A stretch of 64,000 bases of DNA from Fimicolochytrium jonesii. Taxonomy: Eukaryota. Positions within the stretch are counted from its first letter, which is position 1. Every line of letters begins with the position of its first letter. This document shows positions 1 to 10,515 of this stretch, piece by piece. Under the pieces are notes generated by a model. It did no database searches. It saw only the letters and a list, made by a program, of their open reading frames with translations, and was not told where the DNA came from. The stretch lies in the NCBI RefSeq assembly GCF_025526975.1, contig NW_026515678.1, positions 310,001 to 374,000 of the forward strand, written 5' to 3'. The position numbers were made by a program, and so were the translations under genes.

Positions 1-6
1 TTAGAT

Positions 7-3000
7 CTAATAACACTGGGTCCAAAAGTTGAGGTATGAATTAGACAACGTTATAGATGTTGGTATGACAATTCGTGCGCTCAATTGAGTATTCGTCGAA
101 GAGAACAGCAACGGCACTTGGAAACTGAACGGATACCTAGTATTATACGTATTGATATCACAGTAGTATGACACCCCTCTACTAGCCACTACAGTGGAAG
201 ATTGGTCTAATATTTGAACTGTTACTGTACATCGACTGTTGTTCGAATTCATGTACCCAATGAAACTGACGTGGGCTACGACTCCAGACATCCCCGCTTT
301 CCATCCAATGGGTCCGAAACCTCCTGTGTAGCCATTCCCGTTAGTTAACAACGCATCTACAACACTGTCTTTGATGCAAACAGCAGATTGAATGACCTGC
401 GTTGCATATACGTTCGTACTACATGTCAAGTCGCTCTTCACTAATGCAGTTGTGTTGCACATAACCGTGTTCGTATTTATCGCACCCGTAACGTCTAGAG
501 AGTTTGCAGAAGCGCTAACAAGGGTCGCTTTGGGAACGGCTTGATTATACTGAATCTGTCTTATCACCACTCCACCCGCTGTCGTCTGATTTGCGTATGC
601 CCATGCGATACCCCATACTACATAAGGCATGGTATTTGCAAAACTAAATGAATTCCCATCTGTGGTCCAACTCGAAGCAGGTATATTCGAAAACGTCGCG
701 ATTGTTACCATAGCAGACTCGGTTGTTCCGGCAATCACGGAGAACGTAGTAGGCATCGCCACGGCGTCCATCAGGTAGGCGGTGAGTTTGATTGAACTCA
801 TAGGAATGGCCGACGGCAGTCTCAATAACGACCAATGAAGACTTTGTGTTGTTGAATCTAAACCTAAATTGGCCGTTGAGGTGCTAGATGTTGCCCACCG
901 CAGTCTGGATGCAATGGAGGCGTTCATGTACGCATCGAATGGATGTCCCGTATATCCATCTACACCGTTTCCATTTGCATACGTGTATTCGCTGGAGGCT
1001 GTAACTGTATAGCCGTTCCATGAGGAACCTGTTGCTGGCGTTGTGGGGTACGGAAATAAAGTAGTTGTCGATGTTAATGCTGGACTCTTCAAATCACCGG
1101 TCACGTTAACATTTGACCCGACATATAGAGATTTCGCTACAGATGCGCCTCCATTCACTACAAGGGCGCCTGATGTGTTAGAGGTTGCATCAGCAGTGTT
1201 CGAGACCGAGACGTTACCTCCAACATATACGTTTTTCGCAACAGAAGCGCCTCCAGAGACTTGCAACGCACCGGTTCCTACTCCTGTGGAATCGGTTGTG
1301 GTAAAGACAGATGCAACACCATTATTTGTAAAAACTTTGAGCCAAGTGGTATTTTCGGCCGAATTCCACACGGAAAAATCTCCTACAGTTCTCAAGTCAT
1401 CCCATACTCTGACATAAGGATTGGAAGACTGATTTGGGTCTATGGAGAGAGGACCTTGTGAACCTGTAGCAGAAATTGTTGCTAAATTCCCGGTGAAAGT
1501 CATGCTTCCTGTAACTGTCAAACTGCCGATAGAACCGGTAGGAATAATAACCTTTCCCGTTCCATCAACTGTAAGACCTTGAGGGCTGTTCCACAATCCT
1601 AAACCCAATGTATTGGTTGCAAGACCCGCTCCAACATAGTTGAAATATACCCTGGCCATGTTATTTGTAGCCGCTCCTACTCCAATTTGAAGTGTTGAGA
1701 AACTCCCCGCTGCCAAATTAGGTGTTCCGAGATGCGAAGATACAACAGGCCCGGTGGAGACGATATTGGAGTATATTGTCCCATTAACAGTCAAGTCTTT
1801 ACCAAGATTGACATTCCCTGCGATACCCGCTCCACCTTTGAGTTGCAGGGCACCGGTCGATATTGAGGTCGAATCGAGAGTGGAAAGAATTTGTACAGAT
1901 GGCAAATTTGAATTGATTATGAAATTGGCATTAGACCCGGAGTATAGGAAAAAGTTCCCAGCGTTTGGAGCGCTTGTACCAGTTCCAGCATAACCGAATG
2001 CTCCCACTATCGTTCCTGTGTTGTTAAGGAAACCGATAGTTGAAAACCCCGACGCGGAAAGACTCTGAAGTTTCAAGACGTCAACGGAAGTTGAGTTTAC
2101 TTGCAGTGTATGACTCCCAGTGGCGGCTGAACCAGCAAATAGAGATTTTCCCACACCTAGACCTCCAGCAACTGTTAGAGCGCCAGTTGTTGTAGAAGAG
2201 GAGTCGGTTGTTGTATTGATTAGAACATTTCCATTTGTCAATATATCAAGGTTTGATAAGCCGGGTCCGTTAGCGAATCGTAAGTTCGTCGGTGCATTAT
2301 TGTACTGTGCCCAAATTACCATATCGCCAATAGCCGAATTTGAGGAAAAGTACCCTGCTGCTGAAACGTTGCCCGTTATGCTGCTTCCGAATGTGGGTGT
2401 TGATACTGAACCGTTGTACCAAAAGATACTTTGATTTGACCCGACAAAACTCGCATCACTCCCTACGGTCAATTTTTTGGCGATACCAACTCCTCCAGCA
2501 ACTTGGAAGGCACCGGCATTTGTGGCGTTAGAGTCAATAGTAGAAGTAACCACAGTCGATGCAGCGTTATTAATATTCAGAGTCTGCCCTGTGGTCGTAT
2601 TCAGGTTCGCTGTTGTTCCTCCTAGGAATACGGTGCCGCCAACCACCACACTTTTCCCTATACCAACTCCGCCAACAACTTGGAGCGAACCTGAATTTGT
2701 CGACGTAGAATCAGTCGTTCCGGCAATTTGAACATTGGATAAGTTCGCATTTCCACCAACATTCAGAGATGATAGAGTTCCAACGCTTGTAATTTGAGGC
2801 TGAGCAGGATTTACGCTGAACGAATTTCCACTACGTGTCAATCCTGTGGAAGCACTAAGAAGCGTATCAACATATGTCTTGTTTGTAAGATGAGTTGCTA
2901 AGGTCGGTGCTGTTGAGACGACAGCGTTTCCTGATACCATGACATCTCCAGCAAAGTTCGCATTTCCATTAACGTTCAATGATGTTAAAGTTCCAACCGA

Positions 3001-4065
3001 TGTTATCTGAGGTTGAGCCACATTGACAGAGAAATTGTTTCCTGTACGTGTTAAGCCGGTTCCTGCACTTAGAAGCGTATCAACATAAGTCTTATTTGTG
3101 AGATGTGTATCTGCTGTTGGGGCTGTCGCGATGATGGCGTTCCCTGATATGGTCACGTCGCCTGTAACACTCAACCCCTGCAGCGTTCCAACTCTGGTGA
3201 TAACAGCCGACTGGTCCGTGTTGACTGAAATGGCCGTGCCTGACTTTGACAATCCTGCGCCAACTGTTGATGTCTGAGCATCGACGTAGGCTTTCGTGCT
3301 TACTTGGGCGTCTATATTGGCGAGAGGCAAGATACCTGTCACATCTGTTGTGAGCGTGATGGTGTTCTTTAACGCCACGGAACCGAGCCCTAGTGCTGTT
3401 CTAGATGCTGATGGAGTCATACTGATATAATTAGTTCCATCTCCTACAAGGAAATTGTTGAGAGTGGCAGTGCTCGAAGAAATAGCAGTCAATTTAGGAT
3501 TAAGAGGTTGAGCATTTCCGGATGTTGTAGAAATCAACCCATCCACATATCCTTTTGTTGCAGGATTTGCTGCAATTGTAGGTGTAGGAACAGTGACTGC
3601 ACCGGAGAATGTGGAACTTCCACTTACAGAAAGACCCGTTAAAGTACCGACACTTGTAATTTGTGTCTGTACAGAATTGACACTTAAAGTTTGAGAATTT
3701 TTAGTCAAACCGGTTCCAGCAAGCACAATGATTGGGTCAATACTTCCAACAGGAAGAATACCGGTGACATCTGCGCTTGCAAGATTGATAACGGATTTAG
3801 CAGCCAAACTGCCAAGCGAAGGCTTGTTTGTCAGTAAAGCCGAAGTGTAATCTATACTACTCAGTGCTGCAAGTGAACCAAGCGAAGGCTTGTTTGTAAG
3901 GAAAGCCGAAGTGTAATCTATATTACTCAGTGCTGCAAGAGAACCAAGAGTTGGCTTTCCAGTAATGTACGTCAAAGCATAGTCAATACTGCTAAGTGCT
4001 GCAAGCGAACCAAGCGTAGGTTTGTTCACCAACGCCGAACTAGTGTAGTCTAAAGTATCGAGCAA
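7..4065 (-). CDS. Fibre/spike protein, C-terminal part (repeat-rich shaft, discoidin/F5-8-like domain, terminal head)
   Basis: 22-aa tandem repeats (KPTLGSLAALSSIDYTSALLTN), THLTNKTYVD and QPQITSVGTL repeats, multiple STxTGALxVxGGxGI repeats; YTVTASSEY...RWATS...LRLPSAI...PTTFSVIAG resembles an F5/8 type C domain; no ATG start, continues upstream ORF across a 1-nt frameshift. Confidence 0.75.
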   Translation of the reverse strand: MLDTLDYTSSALVNKPTLGSLAALSSIDYALTYITGKPTLGSLAALSNIDYTSAFLTNKPSLGSLAALSSIDYTSALLTNKPSLGSLAAKSVINLASADVTGILPVGSIDPIIVLAGTGLTKNSQTLSVNSVQTQITSVGTLTGLSVSGSSTFSGAVTVPTPTIAANPATKGYVDGLISTTSGNAQPLNPKLTAISSSTATLNNFLVGDGTNYISMTPSASRTALGLGSVALKNTITLTTDVTGILPLANIDAQVSTKAYVDAQTSTVGAGLSKSGTAISVNTDQSAVITRVGTLQGLSVTGDVTISGNAIIATAPTADTHLTNKTYVDTLLSAGTGLTRTGNNFSVNVAQPQITSVGTLTSLNVNGNANFAGDVMVSGNAVVSTAPTLATHLTNKTYVDTLLSASTGLTRSGNSFSVNPAQPQITSVGTLSSLNVGGNANLSNVQIAGTTDSTSTNSGSLQVVGGVGIGKSVVVGGTVFLGGTTANLNTTTGQTLNINNAASTVVTSTIDSNATNAGAFQVAGGVGIAKKLTVGSDASFVGSNQSIFWYNGSVSTPTFGSSITGNVSAAGYFSSNSAIGDMVIWAQYNNAPTNLRFANGPGLSNLDILTNGNVLINTTTDSSSTTTGALTVAGGLGVGKSLFAGSAATGSHTLQVNSTSVDVLKLQSLSASGFSTIGFLNNTGTIVGAFGYAGTGTSAPNAGNFFLYSGSNANFIINSNLPSVQILSTLDSTSISTGALQLKGGAGIAGNVNLGKDLTVNGTIYSNIVSTGPVVSSHLGTPNLAAGSFSTLQIGVGAATNNMARVYFNYVGAGLATNTLGLGLWNSPQGLTVDGTGKVIIPTGSIGSLTVTGSMTFTGNLATISATGSQGPLSIDPNQSSNPYVRVWDDLRTVGDFSVWNSAENTTWLKVFTNNGVASVFTTTDSTGVGTGALQVSGGASVAKNVYVGGNVSVSNTADATSNTSGALVVNGGASVAKSLYVGSNVNVTGDLKSPALTSTTTLFPYPTTPATGSSWNGYTVTASSEYTYANGNGVDGYTGHPFDAYMNASIASRLRWATSSTSTANLGLDSTTQSLHWSLLRLPSAIPMSSIKLTAYLMDAVAMPTTFSVIAGTTESAMVTIATFSNIPASSWTTDGNSFSFANTMPYVVWGIAWAYANQTTAGGVVIRQIQYNQAVPKATLVSASANSLDVTGAINTNTVMCNTTALVKSDLTCSTNVYATQVIQSAVCIKDSVVDALLTNGNGYTGGFGPIGWKAGMSGVVAHVSFIGYMNSNNSRCTVTVQILDQSSTVVASRGVSYYCDINTYNTRYPFSFQVPLLFSSTNTQLSARIVIPTSITLSNSYLNFWTQCY
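3800..4065 (-). repeat. Coding tandem repeat, 66-nt (22-aa) unit, about 4 copies
   Basis: agtgctgcaag.gaacc recurs at ~3863, 3929 and 3995 (period 66). Confidence 0.85.
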
Positions 4066-4067
4066 AC

Positions 4068-6878
4068 TCAGATTTTTAATGAGAGATTTGCACGAACATC
4101 TGCAGGACTAAATTGAATGAAATTGCCTCCGCTTGCGATAAGCATGTACGTGTTTGTTGGCGCAATGTTCCCAAAATTAGTAAGACGAGCATTAAGAGGT
4201 TGATACGTTGTGGCTGCATTTGCTGTTGTAAGATAATTTGTCAAGGTAGGACTGCTTATGGAGCCGGCGGTCAAAGCGCCTGTTACGTTAAGAGATGTGA
4301 GTGTCCCAAGAGTAGTGATATTTCCGGTATTGACCGAAACGGTATTAGATGTATCTCTGGAGAGGATAGGTCCAGCAAATGTTAATTTCTTCTCGTAGAT
4401 GGTGAGATCTGGAGCACCCGTTATTCTCGCATATGGAATGGTATCCGTTTTTGCGACTTTACTATCGATAGCAGTTTGAAGAAGACTTGTATTCTGACTT
4501 ATCAAATTTGAATACGTTGGCTGTATGATTGTAGAATCGTACTCACGTAACATGCCCAAGTTGATTGCCTGCTGTGGGACCTCTCCTGCAATACCCAGAT
4601 ATGAACACGGAGGTGGAGTGTCAAAAAGTAATCTCGTAACATCACAGGATGTATCATCCGTTTTAGGGAAAGTTGCAATGATAACTTGTGAGCCGTTTGG
4701 ATCTGGAACGGGGTTTCCCTTTGAATCCACTACATTGTTACCATTTGCGTCTTTCTGGTTCTTTCTTTCTCGACCACTTGCAGCAACGAAACCACCAAGG
4801 ATTCCGGCTGCTGCAGCAGGTCCTCCGAGAAGTCCCCCGACGCTACCGATAGCAGATGTGGCAAATGGAGCGCCAGCCGCAGGGCCAATGAGACCAATTG
4901 CGCCTCCAAGGATTGTGGAAAGGGGACCTGTTACTGAGACTACGGGATTAGTTCCAGATGCTGTGAGAGGATCACTTTCTCCAGACGGCTCGGACTCCTC
5001 ATTTTTCTCTTCCGGATCATCGTCTTCTTTCCGGTTCTTGTAGGGCTGTATGGAAGAAATATTGAAGCCGGTTTCCTCGGAGCCAACAACGAGGATTCCG
5101 GAGCCACCAGTTATAACCAAAGGCTGCTTAGACACGTTGAATTCCTTATCCGCTCCGGTAACAATGATAGGTAAAGCACCAGTGATGACAGTAGGAGTTT
5201 CCGGCTCAGGTTGATATGTGCAACTAATGCTTGACCCAGATATCGAGATGTTGTTTTCAGCAGTGTAGGCCCCGGAAATAGTGTTTCCCGTAACTGACAC
5301 TCCATTAGATCCTGTATACGCACCCTTTATCGAATTGTTAGTTACTGTCACGGTATTATCCCCCGCATGAAGATCCAGTTGGAGATCATTCTCAACACGT
5401 TTGACTCCATTTGATGCAGTCAGCTTATCGCCGAATGTATTGTTACCATCAATAGTGATTGCACCACTTACGGAGGGAGCAAGTTTAACTTGATTCTGAT
5501 TTTCTATCTTCAATCCACCGTTGCCCTGTTGGAAGGTGAGCCCAATCGCCAATTTATCGTTCACGACTCGGATACCTTTGTTATCACATAAGGCCGAGAC
5601 ATTGACACTTAGATTCTGGCTGCTATCGATAGCGAGAATAGCATCTGTTCTTACATCAACAGTCCTTCGACCATTCGATACTCCAGATATATCAATCCCT
5701 GATCCTGCCTGATACAGTTGCTCTACATACGCGGATGTTGGCACTTTGTTATTCGAGGGGTTGAAGTTGCTGTTCACGTAAAGATGTGGAACATTCATTT
5801 GATTGAGCGTCTCATTATAGGTAAAACTGCTGTCTCCATTGAATCCGCTTAGAGCAGAGTAGAATGGAATCTGTCCCATGCCTTTCGAGCGAATTGCAAG
5901 TTTGTTTCCTGTTTGTTGGAAGTCGTCTGTAGTTTTAAGACGAATAACCGTAGTATCCACATCTGTATCAGATCCTAAGAAATCCGCGAGAGAATCAAAC
6001 CCCTCTTGCATGAGATCATTGAGAGCCAAACTACCGGCTTTGTCATTGCTAATCGCACCTCTTCCCACAATAACGGTATCAACATCTGTCACCAGTTTCC
6101 CTTCATTGCTGAGTTTCAAGCCTTTTCCATGATCAAGATGGATCACCTTGTCTGCATCTTTCGAAAGCGGTTTTGCTACCTTCACTGCTTCGTCAACGAT
6201 GGCTTCTACATTTTCTTGGACAACACTTAGTTGCCCGTCGATCGTTCGAAGCGAATGGTCATAATCCAATGTGATATTACCGATCACGTCACGCGTCAAA
6301 GGTGCTTTTAGGATTTCTGGAACGACTGTCAATAAGCCGTTCTTTACATCTAGAGTATCATCGATATCGAGTTTAATACCGAGTTCGTCTCTAGAGAGGG
6401 GTTCTGAGAGATTTTCCAACTCTACTTCGGGAAAGACGACTGACAGACCTTCATCTGTGATTTTCAAACTCGAATCATGCGCTAACTCTAAGCCGTTTTC
6501 AGTTACCTGAAGGGGCGAATCTATGAGCAATGAAACTGTCTTGTCTTCTCTTTGCAGGGGAAACTCAGGATTATCAGCAATGTATGCCAATCGATTTTCG
6601 CTATCGATAGTGAGATTCTCATCTTCCTTGACATTCAGATTAGCAGTGTAAACTCCCTTGTCGGAAGTTATCAAGATTCCCTTAGCACCGTTCACATTAT
6701 TAACCAACAAGGGTCCGAATTCATTTTCCAATGACTCAAATTGACCGCTCTTGAAGTTCGTGATCTGAGCATTGCCTCCAGGCATCCCTTGGAGAGTTCC
6801 TGTTGCATAAGCATCGATAAGGTTAATGTTCGATACATCATCTAAACCTGTGTTACTTTTAGGAAAGCGGTTAGACAT
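4068..6878 (-). CDS. Fibre protein, N-terminal part with adenovirus-fibre-shaft-like (beta-spiral) repeats
   Basis: Repeats DSPLQVTENGLELAHDSSLKITDEGLSV / SEPLSRDELGIKLDIDDTLDVKNGLLTV / KAPLTRDVIGNITLDYDHSLRTIDGQLSV; AGSGIDIS and GSNGVSVTGNTIS shaft motifs. Confidence 0.7.
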   Translation of the reverse strand: MSNRFPKSNTGLDDVSNINLIDAYATGTLQGMPGGNAQITNFKSGQFESLENEFGPLLVNNVNGAKGILITSDKGVYTANLNVKEDENLTIDSENRLAYIADNPEFPLQREDKTVSLLIDSPLQVTENGLELAHDSSLKITDEGLSVVFPEVELENLSEPLSRDELGIKLDIDDTLDVKNGLLTVVPEILKAPLTRDVIGNITLDYDHSLRTIDGQLSVVQENVEAIVDEAVKVAKPLSKDADKVIHLDHGKGLKLSNEGKLVTDVDTVIVGRGAISNDKAGSLALNDLMQEGFDSLADFLGSDTDVDTTVIRLKTTDDFQQTGNKLAIRSKGMGQIPFYSALSGFNGDSSFTYNETLNQMNVPHLYVNSNFNPSNNKVPTSAYVEQLYQAGSGIDISGVSNGRRTVDVRTDAILAIDSSQNLSVNVSALCDNKGIRVVNDKLAIGLTFQQGNGGLKIENQNQVKLAPSVSGAITIDGNNTFGDKLTASNGVKRVENDLQLDLHAGDNTVTVTNNSIKGAYTGSNGVSVTGNTISGAYTAENNISISGSSISCTYQPEPETPTVITGALPIIVTGADKEFNVSKQPLVITGGSGILVVGSEETGFNISSIQPYKNRKEDDDPEEKNEESEPSGESDPLTASGTNPVVSVTGPLSTILGGAIGLIGPAAGAPFATSAIGSVGGLLGGPAAAAGILGGFVAASGRERKNQKDANGNNVVDSKGNPVPDPNGSQVIIATFPKTDDTSCDVTRLLFDTPPPCSYLGIAGEVPQQAINLGMLREYDSTIIQPTYSNLISQNTSLLQTAIDSKVAKTDTIPYARITGAPDLTIYEKKLTFAGPILSRDTSNTVSVNTGNITTLGTLTSLNVTGALTAGSISSPTLTNYLTTANAATTYQPLNARLTNFGNIAPTNTYMLIASGGNFIQFSPADVRANLSLKI

Positions 6879-6921
6879 TTAGCTTATAACTCATATAAAA
6901 AATCACAACCTTGACGATATT

Positions 6922-8578
6922 CTATTGCTCCGTCTGATTACCGTTAGCATCATAAGTCAGCCTTGCAGGGGCGCGTCTGTTTCTACCACCACGGCGCGCT
7001 GTCGCTTCATCGCTTGGAGCGGGTGTTACACCTCTTGTGTTGCGCTACCTTCCACGTCGGCCTGCAGGAGGTTGTGAACTTGTTGCACGAGTATCAATCT
7101 GATTAAAGTCTTCATCGTAGGACAACACCTGCGGAGCGACGGATGGGCGGCTGCTTCTGCGCAGAAACGGAGAAACGCTATCGATAGGAGATCTGGCTGA
7201 AGTTTGCTCAACGATCTCCATCGGACTTTGTGCGGGCGCTGCATCCATCGTCAACGGCGGCGCCATTGTAGGTGATCTTACAGGAGATGCTGGAGCAGGT
7301 ATCGGGTGGCGGTCACCATTCAAAGAGTTCCTAGCAGAAGCGGGACGTTGATGGAATGGAATACCAAGATGTGGCTCCGTCGCTTGTGGAGTGGCAGACA
7401 AGTTCGGAGAGATCACAGGTGTAGGAGTTCTACGTGGGAACGCTCCTGGAATTTCTACATCACGGTCTCGTTCCAGGTTGCTGGTCGGTATCCTAGGCCT
7501 TACCGGTTCATTGCTTGGTCCTGTTTGTAGCGAATGCATTGTCATGTTCTGAAAGGCGACATTCAATCGTGCCATATCGTCGTCTGTATCGCGCGCAGTT
7601 TCCATCTCTGCCCTCCATCCGTTCGGTTGATCAATGGTATCTACAAGGCTTGGAGGGTGGTAGAGTTGTGTTGAACGAACGTCTAGAGTAATTAGTATCG
7701 GGAAATAGTGTAGCATGCGGAACATAGGGGGCATTCGGGTAGTTGTTCACCAAATGTTGAATGTCTGCGTTCAACCCCGTCGGAGAGATCCCCATTATGG
7801 AATGGAGAGGTCGGTGCGGTGCTGCATAGATCGGCGGTCTATCACGAAGCCTCGGAGGAATATTGATCGTAAGGCGTTCAGGCACTGTTTCGACATCTGG
7901 AGCAGCGGCTCTATCGGTAGAGTTATCCGTTGCCGTCCACTGCATCGTCCCAAGTGTACTTTGGTGAGCCAGATTGCTCAACACCGGTATCGAATCGGGG
8001 CGCCGGCTTCCAACAGGACGTGGTGAGGTCTGGGTCTGAGTTCCAACGAGATTCGGATTAGCGGCGATAACATCTGGAGAGTAGGATACTATAGGGTTGT
8101 TTGGATTCGCACGAGGGGCTCCTCCATTGTTTCTGGAAGATGCACGACCTTCGCGGATTGCAGCATCTCGCAACTTGGGAGGGATCGAGTCTTCACCGGT
8201 TTGTGCATAAAAGTCTCGCCCGATACCACCGCCACCGCCGCCAGGACCTCTTGGAGTAACGCCTGTTGTGAGATTATCGGCGAACGCCTTCCGCTTTTCA
8301 TAGATCTCCTTTCCTTGATAGAACTCAAGGGCGAACTTTTGGTTCTTGGAGATTTCAACGATAGGCCGGAAAGGGATCTCATTAACTTCCGGAATCACCG
8401 AAGGGATCCGGCTTTCATAGTTCTTTGTATGTCCTCCGTAGAGCAGACGAGACGGAAGGTCCTTTTGAAAGATACCGCGTCCCGGAATGTTTATCGTGTT
8501 CTGATAAAGAGGTTTGTTGCTTCCTGCAACTACCTGTAAAGGTTCTCTTTGTGGGCGATTTGAAAAGATCACAGACAT
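6922..8578 (-). pseudogene. Pro/Arg-rich low-complexity viral protein (possible core/DNA-condensing protein), broken by a frameshift near 7630-7730 and an in-frame TAG at 7045-7047
   Basis: Overlapping ORFs 7631-8578 and 7045-7734; reading past TAG gives RNTRG...RRGGRNRRAPARLTYDANGNQTEQ*, which repeats the upstream RRSSRPSVAPQVLSYDEDFNQ motif. Confidence 0.5.
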
Positions 8579-8629
8579 ATTTGATTACAGCGTAGATTTT
8601 TATTTCTATCATATGGAGTAAAAAGCACA

Positions 8630-8941
8630 ATGCCGTTTAAGAATTTTAAACAGAACTTGTCTAATTTCGCGACAAAGACAGGTGCTTTCCTTAATCAAAA
8701 GGTCCCAGAGTATGTCAGAAAGGCAGCGCATGGAGCAAGCATCTTTCAGAAACACGTAACAACCGGTAGACGCCTTCTAGAGCATGCGAACAAAGGTGTC
8801 CAAGATGATGATTTCCTGGGGCAAGATACGAAAAAACTAGCGCAGAAGTACCATACCGCCGCCGATAAAGGATTAGGTACGGCAAATGATGCTGCGGCAG
8901 GGTTACAGCAATTCGCAACACATCTGTCCAAGTTTCAATAG
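8630..8941 (+). CDS. Small basic viral protein with predicted N-terminal amphipathic helix
   Basis: 103-aa ORF, ATG in A-rich context, MPFKNFKQNLSNFATKTGAFLNQK. Confidence 0.6.
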   Translation: MPFKNFKQNLSNFATKTGAFLNQKVPEYVRKAAHGASIFQKHVTTGRRLLEHANKGVQDDDFLGQDTKKLAQKYHTAADKGLGTANDAAAGLQQFATHLSKFQ

Positions 8942-8970
8942 AGTGTGTTAATATCTGGTTTTTAGAGCTA

Positions 8971-9030
8971 TAACAAAGCCTACCAAAGGCTACCGAAGTC
9001 TACCGAAGGCTACCGAAGTCTCAGCAAGGT
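8971..9030 (+). repeat. 10-bp tandem repeat (TACCGAAGGC-like), 6 units
   Basis: taacaaagcc taccaaaggc taccgaagtc taccgaaggc taccgaagtc tcagcaaggt. Confidence 0.85.
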
Positions 9031-9238
9031 GACTCACAGAGTCTTCTTTTTACGCTTCAGAATGAACGGGAGGAGTTGTGGGGGAATCTTACCTTTTGGT
9101 GGCCGACCGGATTTTGCAGTTCGGACTTTCGTTGCGATAACTGTGTTTGGAAGGCTTACAACCTTACGTTTTCGTGGCATTGGGTTCTGTATATAGCTTT
9201 ACAATATATTTTCGAAACTCTCCTATCTTCAGGAACGA

Positions 9239-10468
9239 TCACCAGACCGTATGGATCTGCACGAGGCTAGGGTTGATCTCCAAGATAGCATCTCGGAAGA
9301 GCATGGACTCGCAACGAGTTGTAGCGGGTACAGCATCTGAGCAGATAACATGAGTGCGAATTTGAGCATTTGCATCAAGGAGTTGTAATCCGGACCCGAA
9401 ACGTTCGCCGGTCTGCAACCAGTTGTAAGAAAGTTTGAAATTCTCATTGTCCAACGTGGAGAAGTCAGAGATGTTGACTTCATCCGCAAAGTCACCTGAG
9501 AGTGCGGAGAGGTACTGGATAAGATGTGTCTCCTTGTCAACAGGGTCGTCGTTGGAATACTTGAAGTTCCTCGTGTTGGGGAGTTTGGTAGATCCGTACT
9601 GGAGATACCATTCGGAGAGTCCCATGCTCTTACTGATCCGGTTCTTATCCTTAGCGGGATTGTTGTAATCGTCACTTGCCACAAAGCGGTGAGAGATGCT
9701 TTGAATAGAAGTCGAGGGACCCACAACTGTAACGAATTCGCTTTCGTTGGCTCCCGAGAAGTAACTGATCTGCGTCTTGGTTTGAACAAAAGGAAGCCAG
9801 AGAGAGTGACCCTTTGCAACGCCTTCCTTGAGATCTTCCATATATTTGATGGAGGGGGTCTTCATTGGCATGTTCCATGAAAATTCCTCGACAGAATAAC
9901 CAGTAGGTTGACCTGTACCGCCCACGAAAAAGTTACGAGACGGTTTCAGGTAGATTTCAATCTGGATACCTGAGCCAGGAACTACAGGCAGGGGGAACTC
10001 TTTGTTTACACGGAAAAGTGAAAGGAGAGGTTGATGGTGGACCCATGCTTGGCCAGTTTTCAAAGCATCCGGGTTCCGGAAACCCTCCAAGTTATTCAAC
10101 ATGGCCTTTTTGTTCTGTGAGGCATACGTATAAGCCTCGTCCATTACAATATCGCCGTAGTTGTCGATATCGTATGCTTGAACCCCTGCAACGAGAACTC
10201 GTATCCGTTGGATACATGATGCGAGACCATTAGTGTTCACCACGCTACCACCTGCGTTATCTTTTGCGCGAATCTTGAAACGGAAGTAAGATTGGTACAA
10301 ACTGGCAAGTTGATTCGTAGAATTCAAAGTGAGGCGGATAACGTTGTTACCATCAGCGGCGAATGTATAACCGGTATCGGGTTGAACTGAGTGGAAAGAC
10401 TCGTTATTGCCTTGTACGGATACCTGATAAGGAGGAAAAGGGTAAGTGAGATTACTTTCGACTTCCAT
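9239..10468 (-). CDS. Major capsid protein, PLV-type double jelly-roll
   Basis: 409 aa, intact; N-terminal pattern TFAADGNNVIRLTL..SLYQSYFRF..GLASCIQRIRVLVAGVQAYDIDNY typical of PLV MCPs; C-terminal FRDAILEI; next to penton and ATPase. Confidence 0.8.
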   Translation of the reverse strand: MEVESNLTYPFPPYQVSVQGNNESFHSVQPDTGYTFAADGNNVIRLTLNSTNQLASLYQSYFRFKIRAKDNAGGSVVNTNGLASCIQRIRVLVAGVQAYDIDNYGDIVMDEAYTYASQNKKAMLNNLEGFRNPDALKTGQAWVHHQPLLSLFRVNKEFPLPVVPGSGIQIEIYLKPSRNFFVGGTGQPTGYSVEEFSWNMPMKTPSIKYMEDLKEGVAKGHSLWLPFVQTKTQISYFSGANESEFVTVVGPSTSIQSISHRFVASDDYNNPAKDKNRISKSMGLSEWYLQYGSTKLPNTRNFKYSNDDPVDKETHLIQYLSALSGDFADEVNISDFSTLDNENFKLSYNWLQTGERFGSGLQLLDANAQIRTHVICSDAVPATTRCESMLFRDAILEINPSLVQIHTVW

Positions 10469-10515
10469 TTGGTTTATAAAGCTACTACAAAAAAAATTTA
10501 CTGAAATCGCAGATC

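Noticed and set aside
4066..4085. Programmed -1 ribosomal frameshift in the fibre gene
   Set aside because: A TTA AAA is not a canonical X XXY YYZ slippery site and similar indels occur in other genes; not excluded, but unsupported
1043..6734. Many plus-strand ORFs opposite the fibre gene
   Set aside because: Antisense shadows of a repetitive coding sequence, without motifs
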